From Macrostomum hystrix (taxonomy: Eukaryota > Animalia > Platyhelminthes), in the NCBI GenBank assembly GCA_950097015.1, contig CATNEN010000026.1:1674001-1738000 (forward strand): 64,000 bases of DNA, given 5' to 3'. The notes under the pieces were generated by a model. That model did not search any database, had not been told where the DNA came from, and saw only the letters and a program-made list of their open reading frames with translations. Shown here piece after piece: positions 35,821 to 48,653 of the stretch; within the stretch, counting starts at the first letter, position 1, and each line of letters opens with the position of its first letter. Both the position numbers and the translations under genes were made by a program.

Positions 35821-38800
35821 ATGATACTGCCATCATCGACAAAATTCTCCGCACAGCTAGTCAGCCTTGCCGTCACATTCTCTGCTATCGAAGTGATTCG
35901 ATCTGCGTCAACTTGCAACACCTGTGAGCACACTCTTATACCAGATCACCAGCTTGAGCAGATGGCTCCAGATCAACAGTTTGAGCAGATGGCTACAGAT
36001 CCCAGTTTGAGCAGATGGTTCCAGACCACCAGTTTGAGCAGATGGTTCCAGATCCCAGTTTGCGCAGATGGCTCCAGATCCCAGTTTGAGCAGATGGTTC
36101 CAGATCCCAGTTTGAGCAGATGGTTCCAGATCCCAGTTTGATCAGATGGTTCCAGATCCCAGTTTGAGCAGATGGCTCCAGATCAACAGTTTGAGCAGAT
36201 GGTTCCAGATCACCAGTTTGAGCAGATGGCTCCAGATCACCAGTTTGAGCAGATGGCTCCAGATCCCAGTTTGAGCAGATGGTTCCAGATCCCAGTTTGA
36301 GCAGATGGCTCCAGATCACCAGTTTGAGCAGATGGTTCCAGATCCCAGTTTGCGCAGATGGCTCCAGATCCCAGTTTGAGCAGATGGTTCCAGATCACCA
36401 GTTTGAGCAGATGGCTCCAGATCCCAGTTTGAGCAGATGGCTCCAGATCCCAGTTTGAGCAGATGGTTCCAGATCCCAGTTTGAGCAGATGGCTCCAGAT
36501 CACCAGTTTGAGCAGATGGTTCCAGATCACCAGTTTGAGCAGATGGTTCCAGATCACCAGTTTGAGCAGATGGTTCCAGATCACCAGTTTGAGCAGATGG
36601 TTCCAGATCCCAGTTTGAGCAGATGGTTCCAGATCCCAGTTTGAGCAGATGGCTCCAGATCCCAGTTTGAGCAGATGGTTCCAGATCCCAGTTTGAGCAG
36701 ATGGCTCCAGATCAACAGTTTGAGCAGATGGTTCCAGATCACCAGTTTGAGCAGATGGCTCCAGATCACCAGTTTGAGCAGATGGCTCCAGATCCCAGTT
36801 TGAGCAGATGGTTCCAGATCCCAGTTTGAGCAGATGGCTCCAGATCACCAGTTTGAGCAGATGGTTCCAGATCCCAGTTTGCGCAGATGGCTCCAGATCC
36901 CAGTTTGAGCAGATGGTTCCAGATCCCAGTTTGAGCAGATGGTTCCAGATCCCAGTTTGAGCAGATGGCTCCAGATCCCAGTTTGAGCAGATGGTTCCAG
37001 ATCCCAGTTTGAGCAGATGGCTCCAGATCACCAGTTTGAGCAGATGGTTCCAGATCACCAGTTTGAGCAGATGGTTCCAGATCACCAGTTTGAGCAGATG
37101 GTTCCAGATCCCAGTTTGAGCAGATGGTTCCAGATCACCAGTTTGAGCAGATGGTTCCAGATCCCAGTTTGAGCAGATGGTTCCAGATCCCAGTTTGAGC
37201 AGATGGCTCCAGATCACCAGTTTGAGCAGATGGTTCCAGATCCCAGTTTGAGCAGATGGCTCCAGATCACCAGTTTGAGCAGATGGTTCCAGATCACCAG
37301 TTTGAGCAGATGGCTCCAGATCACCAGTTTGAGCAGATGGCTCCAGATCCCAGTTTGAGCAGATGGTTCCAGATCCCAGTTTGAGCAGATGGCTCCAGAT
37401 CACCAGTTTGAGCAGATGGTTCGAGATCACCAGTTTGAGCAGATGGTTCCAGATCACCAGTTTGAGCAGATGGTTCCAGATCACCAGTTTGAGCAGATGG
37501 CTCCAGATCCCAGTTTGAGCAGACGGTTCCAGATCACCAGTTTGAGCAGATGGTTCCAGATCCCAGTTTGAGCAGATGGTTCCAGATCACCAGTTTGAGC
37601 AGATGGTTCCAGATCCCAGTTTGAGCAGATGGCTCCAGATCACCAGTTTGAGCAGATGGTTCCAGATCACCAGTTTGAGCAGATGGCTCCAGATCACCAG
37701 TTTGAGCAGATGGCTCCAGATCACCAGTTTGAGCAGATGGTTCCAGATCACCAGTTTGAGCAGATGGTTCCAGATCCCAGTTTGAGCAGATGGTTCCAGA
37801 TCACCAGTTTGAGCAGATGGTTCCAGATCCCAGTTTGAGCAGATGGTTCCAGATCCCAGTTTGAGCAGATGGCTCCAGATCCCAGTTTGAGCAGATGGTT
37901 CCAGATCCCAGTTTGAGCAGATGGCTCCAGATCACCAGTTTGAGCAGATGGTTCCAGATCACCAGTTTGAGCAGATGGCTCCAGATCACCAGTTTGAGCA
38001 GATGGCTCCAGATCCCAGTTTGAGCAGATGGCTCCAGATCCCAGTTTGAGCAGATGGTTCCAGATCCCAGTTTGAGCAGATGGCTCCAGATCACCAGTTT
38101 GAGCAGATGGTTCCAGATCACCAGTTTGAGCAGATGGTTCCAGATCACCAGTTTGAGCAGATGGTTCCAGATCCCAGTTTGAGCAGATGGTTCCAGATCA
38201 CCAGTTTGAGCAGATGGTTCCAGATCCCAGTTTGAGCAGATGGTTCCAGATCCCAGTTTGAGCAGATGGCTCCAGATCACCAGTTTGAGCAGATGGTTCC
38301 AGATCACCAGTTTGAGCAGATGGTTCCAGATCACCAGTTTGAGCAGATGGTTCCAGATCCCAGTTTGAGCAGATGGTTCCAGATCACCAGTTTGAGCAGA
38401 TGGTTCCAGATCCCAGTTTGAGCAGATGGTTCCAGATCCCAGTTTGAGCAGATGGCTCCAGATCACCAGTTTGAGCAGATGGTTCGAGATCACCAGTTTG
38501 AGCAGATGGTTCCAGATCACCAGTTTGAGCAGATGGTTCCAGATCACCAGTTTGAGCAGATGGCTCCAGATCCCAGTTTGAGCAGACGGTTCCAGATCAC
38601 CAGTTTGAGCAGATGGTTCCAGATCCCAGATTGAGCAGGCACAGTTCCAGATCCCAGTTTGAGCAGATGGTTCCAGATCACCAGTTTGAGCAGATGGTTC
38701 CAGATCACCAGTTTGAGCAGATGGTTCCAGATCACCGGTTTGAGCAGATGGTTCCAGATCACCAGTTTGAGCAGATGGTTCCAGATCCCAGATTGAGCAG

Positions 38801-41800
38801 GCACAGTTCCAGATCCCAGTTTGAGCAGATGGTTCCAGATCCCAGATTGAGCAGGCACAGTTCCAGATCCCAGTTTGAGCAGGCACAGTTCCAGATCCCA
38901 GTTTGAGCAGGCGCAGTTCCAGATCCCAGTTTGAGCAGGCACAGTTCCAGATCCCAGTTTGAGCAGGCACAGTTCCAGATCCCAGTTTGAGCAGGCACAG
39001 TTCCAGATCCCAGTTTGAGCAGGCACAGTTCCAGATCCCAGTTTGAGCAGGCACAGTTCCAGATCCCAGTTTGAGCAGGCACAGTTCCAGATCCCAGTTT
39101 GAGCAGATAGTTCCAGATCACCAGTTTGAGCAGATGGTTCCAGATCCCAGTTTGAGCAGATGGTTCCAGATCCCAGTTTGAGCAGATGGTTCCAGATCCC
39201 AGTTTGAGCAGATGGTTCCAGATCCCAGTTTGAGCAGGCACAGTTCCAGATCCCAGTTTGAGCAGGCACAGTTCCAGATCCCAGTTTGAGCAGGCGCAGT
39301 TCCAGATCCCAGTTTGAGCAGGCACAGTTCCAGATCCCAGTTTGAGCAGGCACAGTTCCAGATCCCAGTTTGAGCAGGCACAGTTCCAGATCCCAGTTTG
39401 AGCAGGCACAGTTCCAGATCCCAGTTTGAGCATGCACAGTTCCAGATCCCCGTTTGAGCAGGCACAGTTCCAGATCCCAGTTTGAGCAGGCGCAGTTCCA
39501 GATCCCCGTTTGAGCAGGCACAGTTCCAGATCCCAGTTTGAGCAGGCACAGTTCCAGATCCCAGTTTGAGCAGGCACAGTTCCAGATCCCAGTTTGAGCA
39601 GGCACAGTTCCAGATCCCAGTTTGAGCAGGCGCAGTTCCAGATCCCAGTTTGAGCAGGCACAGTTCCAGATCCCAGTTTGAGCAGGCACAGTTCCAGATC
39701 CCAGTTTGAGCAGGCACAGTTCCAGATCCCAGTTTGAGCATGCACAGTTCCAGATCCCCGTTTGAGCAGGCACAGTTCCAGATCCCAGTTTGAGCAGGCG
39801 CAGTTCCAGATCCCCGTTTGAGCATGCATATTTCCGCACCAAAATCAGGGCGCTACAAGTTTAGGCCGCTGGCGAACGGCAGCCACCTGGTGCAACCCGA
39901 AGCCGTCGCCAATTTCAGCCAACTCCAGCGTCGAACATTTCGTACAAAACTTGGCGGCGTTGAGTGCTCATCCGCCTGCGGACGGATGTACGAATGCCGG
40001 GCCTTCAGCTTCTGTCCTGACTTTGTCCAGTGCAGCCTCCAGCAGCAACAGAAGCAGCGGCAGCTCTTCGATGCCTGCGCAGTAGGCGACTGCATCCTCT
40101 ATTCGAATTCGGGTCCTCCGTTTCCGTCACCTGCTTGCCAACAGCCCGTGATGCGAAAGTTTGGTGAGATGCGGCTAGTTGAGTGACAGGAGAGGCAGAG
40201 GAGTGACAGGAGAGGCAGTGGAGTGACAGGAGACCTAGAATCTACTACCTAGAATTCTCAAGCTAAAACTCACTACATAGAATTCTCTACCTAGAATTCG
40301 CTACCTAGAATTCGCTACCTAGAATTCGCTACCTAGAATTCGCTACCTAGAATTCGCTACCTAGAATTCGCTACCTAGAATTCACTACCTAGAACTAGCG
40401 ACCTAGAATTCACTACCTAGAATTCGCTACCTAGAATTCACTACCTAGAACTAGCGACCTAGAATTCACTACCTAGAATTCGCTATCTAGAATTCACTAC
40501 CTAGAATTCGCTACCTAGAATTCGCTACCTAGAATTCGCTACCTAGAATTCGCTACCTAGAACTAGCGACCTAGAATTCACTACCTAGAATTCACTACCT
40601 AGAATTCGCTACCTAGAATTCACTACCTAGAACTAGCGACCTAGAATTCACTACCTAGAATTCGCTACCTAGAATTCACTACCTAGAACTAGCGACCTAG
40701 AATTCACTACCTAGAATTCGCTACCTAGAATTCACTACCTAGAATTCGCTACCTAGAATTCACTACCTAGAATTCGCTACCTAGAATTCGCTACCTAGAA
40801 TTCGCTACCTAAAATTCGCTACCTAGAATTCGCTACCTAGAATTCACTACCTAGAATTCGCTACCTAGAATTCGCTACCTAGAATTCACTACCTAGAATT
40901 CGCTACCTAGAATTCACTACCTAGAATTCGCTACCTAGAATTCGCTACCTAGAATTCGCTACCTAGAATTCGCTATCTAGAATTCGCTACCTAGAATTCA
41001 CTACCTAGAACTAGCGACCTAGAATTCACTACCTAGAATTCGCTACCTAGAATTCGCTACCTAGAATTCGCTACCTAGAACTAGCGACCTAGAATTCACT
41101 ACCTAGAATTCACTACCTAGAATTCGCTACCTAGAATTCACTACCTAGAACTAGCGACCTAGAATTCACTACCTAGAATTCGCTACCTAGAATTCACTAC
41201 CTAGAATTCGCTACCTAGAATTCGCTACCTAGAATTCGCTACCTAAAATTCGCTACCTAGAATTCGCTACCTAGAATTCACTACCTAGAATTTGCTACCT
41301 AGAATTCGCTACCTAGAATTCACTACCTAGAATTCGCTACCTAGAATTCGCTACCTAGAATTCGCTACCTAAAATTCGCTACCTAGAATTCGCTACCTAG
41401 AATTCACTACCTAGAATTTGCTACCTAGAATTCGCTACCTAGAATTCACTACCTAGAATTCGCTACCTAGAATTCACTACCTAGAATTCGCTACCTAGAA
41501 TTCGCTACCTAGAATTCGCTACCTAGAATTCGCTACCTAGAATTCGCTACCTAGAATTCGCTACCTAGAATTCACTACCTAGAACTAGCGACCTAGAATT
41601 CACTACCTAGAATTCGCTACCTAGAATTCGCTACCTAGAATTCGCTACCTAGAATTCACTACCTAGAACTAGCGACCTAGAATTCACTACCTAGAATTCG
41701 CTACCTAGAATTCACTACCTAGAACTAGCGACCTAGAATTCACTACCTAGAATTCGCTACCTAGAATTCGCTACCTAGAATTCGCTACCTAGAATTCGCT

Positions 41801-44800
41801 ACCTAGAATTCTCTACCTAGAATTCTCTACCTAGAATTCGCTACCTTGAATTCACTACCTAGAATTCGCTACCTAGAATTCACTACCTAGAATTCGCTAC
41901 CTAGAATTCACTACCAACAATTTCCTGGAAAACAATCTGGAGATGACAAACGCAAATACATAACGGTGCAAGAAAGTAAAGAACTGAAAGAATGACTGAC
42001 ACAAAGATAGATATGTTAGCTTAGACTCCAATCATTTACTCGTACATTATTGGCATAGGGTCACAGTTGTCTAAATTTTATGGGAGAAATGTATTGTAAC
42101 GAACTCAACCGAGGTAAATGGAACTCAAGGAGAGAGTAGAGCTCCCATTCACGCGTTGCTGATCTCATTAACGAATGTAACATTGTTTGTTTAATCTATT
42201 TAAACATAAAATTTCACTGTCTGCTTTGGCAAGGAATGTCGAAACTAAGATTAACGAGCAACAAACTCAATAGCAAAGAAACAATTCTCAAGAGGTAAAA
42301 AATGTTTGCATGTCCTTCTAGTAGGCTTCAATTGCTTGTAAAAAATCAATAGTCAGAATGACTATATTAAAGGATATTTAAATTAAAGTACAACTAGACA
42401 ACTATTTCTCTTGGCTAGTGCTGAGAATAAACGGAGAATAATATCAGCCTTCAGAGTGACATTGAAGCATTCAGTTTTAGCCTGACAAAAAATGCATGGC
42501 TAATTGGATTATAAGCTCATTATAAATTGATATTTATACCACGTAGATTTAGGCACTTTTTTAACCCGCACTAAGCAACAATGACCAAAATAGAATCATG
42601 CAAGCCCTACACACAACGCGTTGTGAATTGAAGCCTATAATGTCGCAATTAGAATTCACTGCTAGCGCACTAAGCCCCCCTTGGGGGGGCACTACTGTTG
42701 AGGCAAAAAAATCTTGTGTAATGCAGAAGGACAAAACACACCTGAAAGCAAACAAAACCGAATTGAATTCTCACTAAATAGAAAAATAGTTAGTCTGAGC
42801 TCGAATACATTCTGAGACATCCGGTCTGTACACCAAGAGCACTATTGGGGCAGAATTACACAAGAAACTTACGTTTGATACTACTCAGCTTAATGCTACT
42901 AAGGTACATGTGAATACTATCCCCTCAGCAGCAGAGACCCAATGTCCCCTCAGCAGCAGAGACCCAATGTCCCCTCAGCAGCAGAGACCCAATGTCCCCT
43001 CAGCAGCAGAGACCCAATGTCCCCCCAGCTACAGAGAACCAATGTCCCCTCAGCAGCAGAGACCCAATGTACCCCCAGCTACAGAGAACCAATGTCCCCT
43101 CAGCAGCAGAGACCCAATGTCCCCCCAGCTACAGAGAACCAATGTCCCCCCGCCCAGCTACAGAGACCCAATGCCCCCCAGCTACAGAGACCCAATGTCC
43201 CCCCCAGCTACAGAGAACCAATGTCCCCCCAGCTACAGAGAACCAATGTCCCCCCAGCTACAGAGAACCAATGTCCCCCCAGCTACAGAGAACCAATGTC
43301 CCCTCAGCAGCAGAGAACCAATGTCCCCCCCAGCTACAGAGACCCAATGCCCCCCCAGCTACAGAGACCCAATGTCCCCCCCCCAGCTACAGAGAACCAA
43401 TGTCCCCCTAGCTATAGAGAACCAATGTCCCCCCAGCTACAGAGAACTAATGTCCCCTCAGCAGCAGAGAACCAATGTCCCCTCATCAGCAGAGACCCAA
43501 TGTCCCCTCATCAGCAGAGAACCAATGTCCCCCCAGCTACAGAGAACCAATGTCCCCCCAGCTACAGAGAACCAATGTCCCCCCCCAGCTACAGAGAACC
43601 AATGTCCCCCCCCCAGCTACAGAGAACCAACTTGTCCCCCCAGCTACAGAGAACCAATGTCCCCCCAGCTACAGAGAACCAATGTCCCCCCAGCTACAGA
43701 GAACCAATGTCCCCCCAGCTACAGAGAACCAATGTCCTCCCAGCTACAGAGAACCAATGTCCCCCCAGCTACAGAGAACCAATGTCCCCCCAGCTACAGA
43801 GAACCAATGTCCCCCCAGCTACAGAGAACCAATGTCCCCCCAGCTACAGAGAACCAATGTCCCCTCATCAGCAGAGACCCAATGTCCCCTCATCAGCAGA
43901 GAACCAATGTCCCCCCAGCTATACAGAGAACCAATGTCCCCCCAGCTACAGAGAACCAATGTCCCCCCAGCTACAGAGAACCAATGTCCCCCCCCAGCTA
44001 CAGAGAACCAACTTGTCCCCCCAGCTACAGAGAACCAATGTCCCCCCAGCTACAGAGAACCAATGTCCCCCCAGCTACAGAGAACCAATGTCCCCCCAGC
44101 TACAGAGAACCAATGTCCCCCCCAGCTACAGAGAACCAATGTCCCCCCCAGCTACAGAGAACCAATGTCCCCCCAGCTACAGAGAACCAATGTCCCCCCA
44201 GCTACAGAGAACCAATGTCCCCCCAGCTACAGAGAACCAATGTCCCCCCAGCTACAGAGAACCAACTTGTCCCCCCAGCTACAGAGAACCAATGTCCCCT
44301 CAGCAGCAGAGAGCCAATGTCCCCCCAGCTACAGAGAACCAATGTCCTCCCAGCTACAGAGAACCAATGTCCTCCCAGCTACAGAGTACCAATGTCCCCC
44401 CAGCAGCAGAGAACCAATATCCCCCCAGCTACAGAGAACCAATGTCCCCTCAGCAGCAAATAGCCATGTCCACCCAGCAGCAGAGAACTAATGTCCCCCC
44501 AGCTACAGAGAACCAATGTCCTCCCAGCTACAGAGAACCAATGTCCTCCCAGCTACAGAGAACCAATGTCCCCTCAGCAGCAGAGACCCAATGTCCCCCA
44601 GCTACAGAGAACCAATGTCTCCCCAGCTACAGAGAACCAATGTCCCCTCAGCAGCAAATATCCAATGTCCACCCAGCAGCAGAGAACTAATGTCCCCCAT
44701 TAGCAGAGAACTATCTGAGAAATAACTTTTACCGCCCTCCGTGTAGTGTCTCGCTACGAGTCCTGCGTCGAGCGCTGGGTCAACGGTCGACGATTCTGCC

Positions 44801-47348
44801 TAATCCAGCAGCGAATTTCCGGCAACGTCAGCTTCCGACGTCCGTGGACCGACTACGTGTCCGGCTTTGGCGATGCGAACAACTTTTGGATTGGTGAGCT
44901 AGCTTGCTGGCGCTGGCCAATCAGCGTTTAGTTTTGTGATAGGGGAGGTGGGGTGGTTGGCTTGTTGAAAAAAGTATTTGTAGAAGTGTGAAAGTCCAAA
45001 TCTATTCCGGCTGCTGGGGCGCACTTTTTAATTTCACAGCGCCGAATTGAGCTCGAAATTGAGCCAAAAGAGGTGCTTTACGCAAGCCTTGCGATGGAGA
45101 GGGAAATGTCACAGTTCAGGTTGTTCCTCCAGCTTTCCTGGTGTCTCAGCTCCTTCGATCGTCTCACCGAACCGTTGATATTAGTTGCTTAACTGTAGAC
45201 CACGGGGGGAACTGCTTAATGATAATGCATAACTTACCTCAGCTCCCAAGTTGTGTGGGAAATAATAAGAACCAAGAAGAGTGGCGACACGCCTCACAGA
45301 GACATTTAGTAATTTTGCACGCATTAGCTGCATTCTATCTGAAATGATTTTGCCCACGTAAATCACGCATATGCATCAGTATAGCATCACTCCAACAATA
45401 CATGTGTAACAGGCAGTAAAATACAGTACCGAAAGCATGAACTGATTTGGACGATTGTGTCTAAAAATAGGTCGACAGATGCGTCCCTTGATCAGCTTCC
45501 ATATTATTCCCATCGCGCAACTGCGTGGCGCTGAATGGGCCAGGTGCATCTTTCTTTCATGGGCTATACGATTGACTCACAAAAATGGTGGTTTTTTTAT
45601 ATAGTTTCGCATTTAATAGCTTTCCCATTAGACCTGTGGCCCAAAAAGAGGAACCAGCAGAACCGAGTAAACACTACAGATAAAAATTGTTACAAAGTAA
45701 GGCCGAGAAACGTTTTTATCCCCTAATTGTCTCTGAGACATTTAACATCTCTGAGATTTTAAAAGTACACCAATGTTTTCATGATTTTTTTCGCAAGCCT
45801 TTGCGAGTCTTGCATTGCCCAATTATAGATGGCATGCACACGATTTTATAAAAAAAACAATATGCAGTTTTGTAGATTATAGGGGCACAAGTGGCAGAGC
45901 GGTATAACGTGTTTGCCCCAAAGCTTTCTCACAAAGGTTCCTGAGCCGCGGAGAGAAGGCTTGAGTGTGTGTGCTCAGGATTCAGCGGTACTCCGGTTGT
46001 CACTTAACAATGGGAACATAGCAAATAGATGTTTTTATACTAAATTGTATCTATAGGCCTGATCTAACCTATAACCTATAACAGAGGTGAATATCTTCAT
46101 GAGTATATGTGTGCATTACGACGATCATGCTGACACTATATGAATATTATATTTATATTAAGCCAAAGCAGGCTGTATGGTCCAGTAAATTGCTTTGTTA
46201 GGCAGGACTGGCTGCATAATGGCAGGAAAATCAATACGCTGGCGATGTTTCCCTACCCCGGCCCTTGCATGGAACATTTTTGGATGCTGCCATGTTGTTA
46301 ATATAATATGCTAGTAGCCCAGTACACATATTCAGTTATACTCTGACAGTGACAAACAGTGCCTAATATAGGACTTAAAAATTCTCCACTAAGTCAACAA
46401 AGAATAATTTTTTTCTACATTCCCGCAGGCCTCAACACAATACGCGACCTGCTGCCATCCACAGTGCGATTTGAATTTACGAAGTTCAACGGCAGTGTGT
46501 ACCACTGTGAGTACGACAGTTTTTCCGTAGGCGATGAGACCACTAAATATACTATGGACTATTCCAGGTAAGATAAAGCGAGTTCGATGATTTAACAATT
46601 TTCTATTGCAATTTTAAATGTCAATCACTCGCAGATTCATAGGATATAATAATTGTTTACACCTGCCCTAATTGGACCAGATGTGCAGCCGACGGCACAG
46701 CCCCATCTATTGCTCGGCGCATCTGAAGGCTGCGTACGGCTGTTCAGTCCATGGACTTAAGGGATGCCACACCCTCCCTCAATTACCCCAGCTATTGCTG
46801 GTACCCATTTAACAGCTGGGTGAACTGAGTTATGTGTCTTGCTAAAATACACAAATTGTTCCACTGGAGGTCGGGATTCGAACCCCCGAACTTTGTCCTT
46901 GTAATCGAACCCCCGACATTCAAGCCGTGAGTCCAACACACAACCGCAAGGCTACAACCCCCACTATTTAAAACTAGAGTTACCACTGTGCAAGCATCAT
47001 GGGGACGTCGTACTCTCATACATATATTATTCGCATTATGCTGAAATCTCTAATTCCAGATATGCGCTCGAGCGGTCGAACATCGCCACAGACTCACTGG
47101 ACGAGCGCAGTCGGGGCATGAAATTCTCGACCACCGACCAGGACAATGACCTATTTTCGGCATCCTGCTCAAATGACTGGGCGGGAGGCGCGGGCTGGTG
47201 GTTCCGCGGCTGCTTCAGGGCCAATCCCAATGGCGAATACTCGGACACCGAGGTACTCCAGCAGAGCAAGTACATGGCCTGGTACCACATCGATGGCGAG
47301 TTTGTGTCACTGAGACAGACCCGAATCATGGTTCAGGTGGACGGTTGA
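35821..47348 (+). CDS. Secreted fibrinogen-related protein: signal peptide + PAN/apple-like Cys module + fibrinogen C-terminal domain
   Basis: Phase-consistent exons 35821-35923 (tentative, hydrophobic leader), 39849-40163 (CSSACGRMYECRAFSFCP...C), 44747-44893 (IQQRISGNVSFRRPWTDYVSGFG...FWIG), 46429-46567 (CEYDSFSVGDETTKY) and 47060-47348 (MKFSTTDQDND...CSNDWAGGAGWWFRGCFRANPNG). Confidence 0.82.
35940..39826. repeat. 3.9-kb minisatellite, 26/27/28-bp unit variants, filling the intron
   Basis: cagtttgagcagatggttccagatcc (26 bp), ...gatcac (27 bp) and cagtttgagcaggcacagttccagatcc (28 bp, dominant after ~38800). Confidence 0.96.
40240..41915. repeat. 14-bp minisatellite containing GAATTC, over 100 copies
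   Basis: gctacctagaattc and actacctagaattc, with recurrent actacctagaacta-gcgacctagaattc dimers; preceded by a short 20-bp repeat at 40185-40235. Confidence 0.96.
42918..44710. repeat. ~25-bp minisatellite with variable C-run
   Basis: cagctacagagaaccaatgtcccc(c); ends ~35 bp before the acceptor at 44746. Confidence 0.95.
45885..45990 (+). mobile_element. SINE family A, internally deleted copy
   Basis: gtggcagagcggtataacgtgtttgcc...gccgcggagagaaggcttgagtgtgtgtgctcagg. Confidence 0.65.
46650..46960 (-). mobile_element. SINE family B (CORE-like), full length
   Basis: acacctgccc...agatgtgcagccgac...ggtacccatttaacagctgggtgaactga...gtgtcttgct...gggattcgaacc. Confidence 0.85.
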
Positions 47349-47637
47349 GTCATTGGTGACATTCTGTCAAGCTCGACACAAGCACGCCGAGTTAATTTCT
47401 TGTTGTTTTTTCAGCTCTGGTGGCAACATATTTAATTGAACAATTATCTTTGAAGACGACCAAAACAGCAAGGCGATTTTAGTTTATTTTTAGATATTGC
47501 TGCTCCTAAAGACTTGTAGATTAGATAGGAGATTAACAAGTTCTTAATTGATTTAGCAACTTCATTTTCTGTCTGTTGGCTAATTAGTTTTATTTTTTAG
47601 CTGACCGTGTGTAACTTAAACCCAAAAGTCCCGCTTA

Positions 47638-47780
47638 GGGGGTCGGTGGCAGAGCGGTTAACGCGTCTGCCTCTCGCACCAAGGTCCCTGAGAGCTCGAC
47701 CCTGAGAGATCCCGAAGGCTTTGTGGCTTGTCGTGCATTTACACCCTTGAGGGCCAACCACCAAGGCACAGTTGGAGTGT
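47638..47780 (+). mobile_element. SINE family A, 5' part
   Basis: ggtggcagagcggttaacgcgtctgcctctcgcaccaaggtccctgag...gagggccaaccaccaaggcacag. Confidence 0.75.
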
Positions 47781-47971
47781 TTTTAACAGAGTCGTCCAAA
47801 TGAACAAAAGCAAAAAGACCGAGTGTCTATATTTTCAAATTGCTAACAAATGCTTAACATACTAAGTTAGGCTGCACAAAATTATGTATTTTCGACCAAG
47901 CAAATATGGTTAAAAATAGATGAAATGCATGCACATTTTAAATACACACACAGTTTAAGTCCTTCAAGCCA

Positions 47972-48653
47972 TTATTTCGCTTTCCTCTTTCCTTTGGTCT
48001 TTTTCTTGGATTTGGATTTGCGTTGAAATTTCCTCTTGCTTGGCTTCATCTTCAATTCGTCCTTCAGCTTTTTGTTGAAGCTTTTCTTCGACCTGCACGA
48101 AGATGGCGGACGGATTGCCGCATTGCGAATTTTAAATCAATATAAAATGCACAATAGCCTACTTGTAAGTAGAAATAAATGCAAAACATACTACTCGTAG
48201 AAAATACTCACATAGAAGGTGGCGGATGATTAGCAGGTGCCGTAGGCTAAAAAAGAAAAACAAAGACCAGGGTAGATGTTGTTTAAAGTAAAGTTTGATT
48301 TGCTAAGGGTGCAGGGAAAATCTGAGCAGATGGCCTACCACGGTGGCAGGCCTTAGGTCCAGCTCCGTGACAGTGACAGTGTGGTCAGGCAGTTCTTCAG
48401 TGACTGGCTCGCATTCAATCAGCTGCATGTCAGGCGCCAGCACGCCAGCACGTTCCAGCACCAGAGCTTCGTGACGCTCTTTTAGCAGGCGTTTCTCCTC
48501 TTTCAACTCTTCTGCGGCACGTTTAATCGCGTGCTTGCGTCGTTCAACTTTGCGCTTGTGAAAGCCAGTCAGATATTCGGCACGCTTGGCCTCGTCAAAC
48601 AGGATCACTCGCTGGGCTGGCTTCTTTCTCTTCTTAGCCGGTGGTTTGGTCAT
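47972..48653 (-). CDS. NOL12: Nucleolar protein 12 / Rrp17
   Basis: Exons 48653-48339, 48246-48212 and 48092-47972 with consistent phases. N-terminal FDEAKRAEYLTGFHKRKVERRKHA motif and a Lys-rich C-terminus ending KGKRKAK*. Confidence 0.88.

Noticed and set aside
35993-39842. Many long minus-strand ORFs (350-430 aa)
   Set aside because: Products of the 26/27/28-bp array; frames shift with unit length and they lie antisense within an intron.
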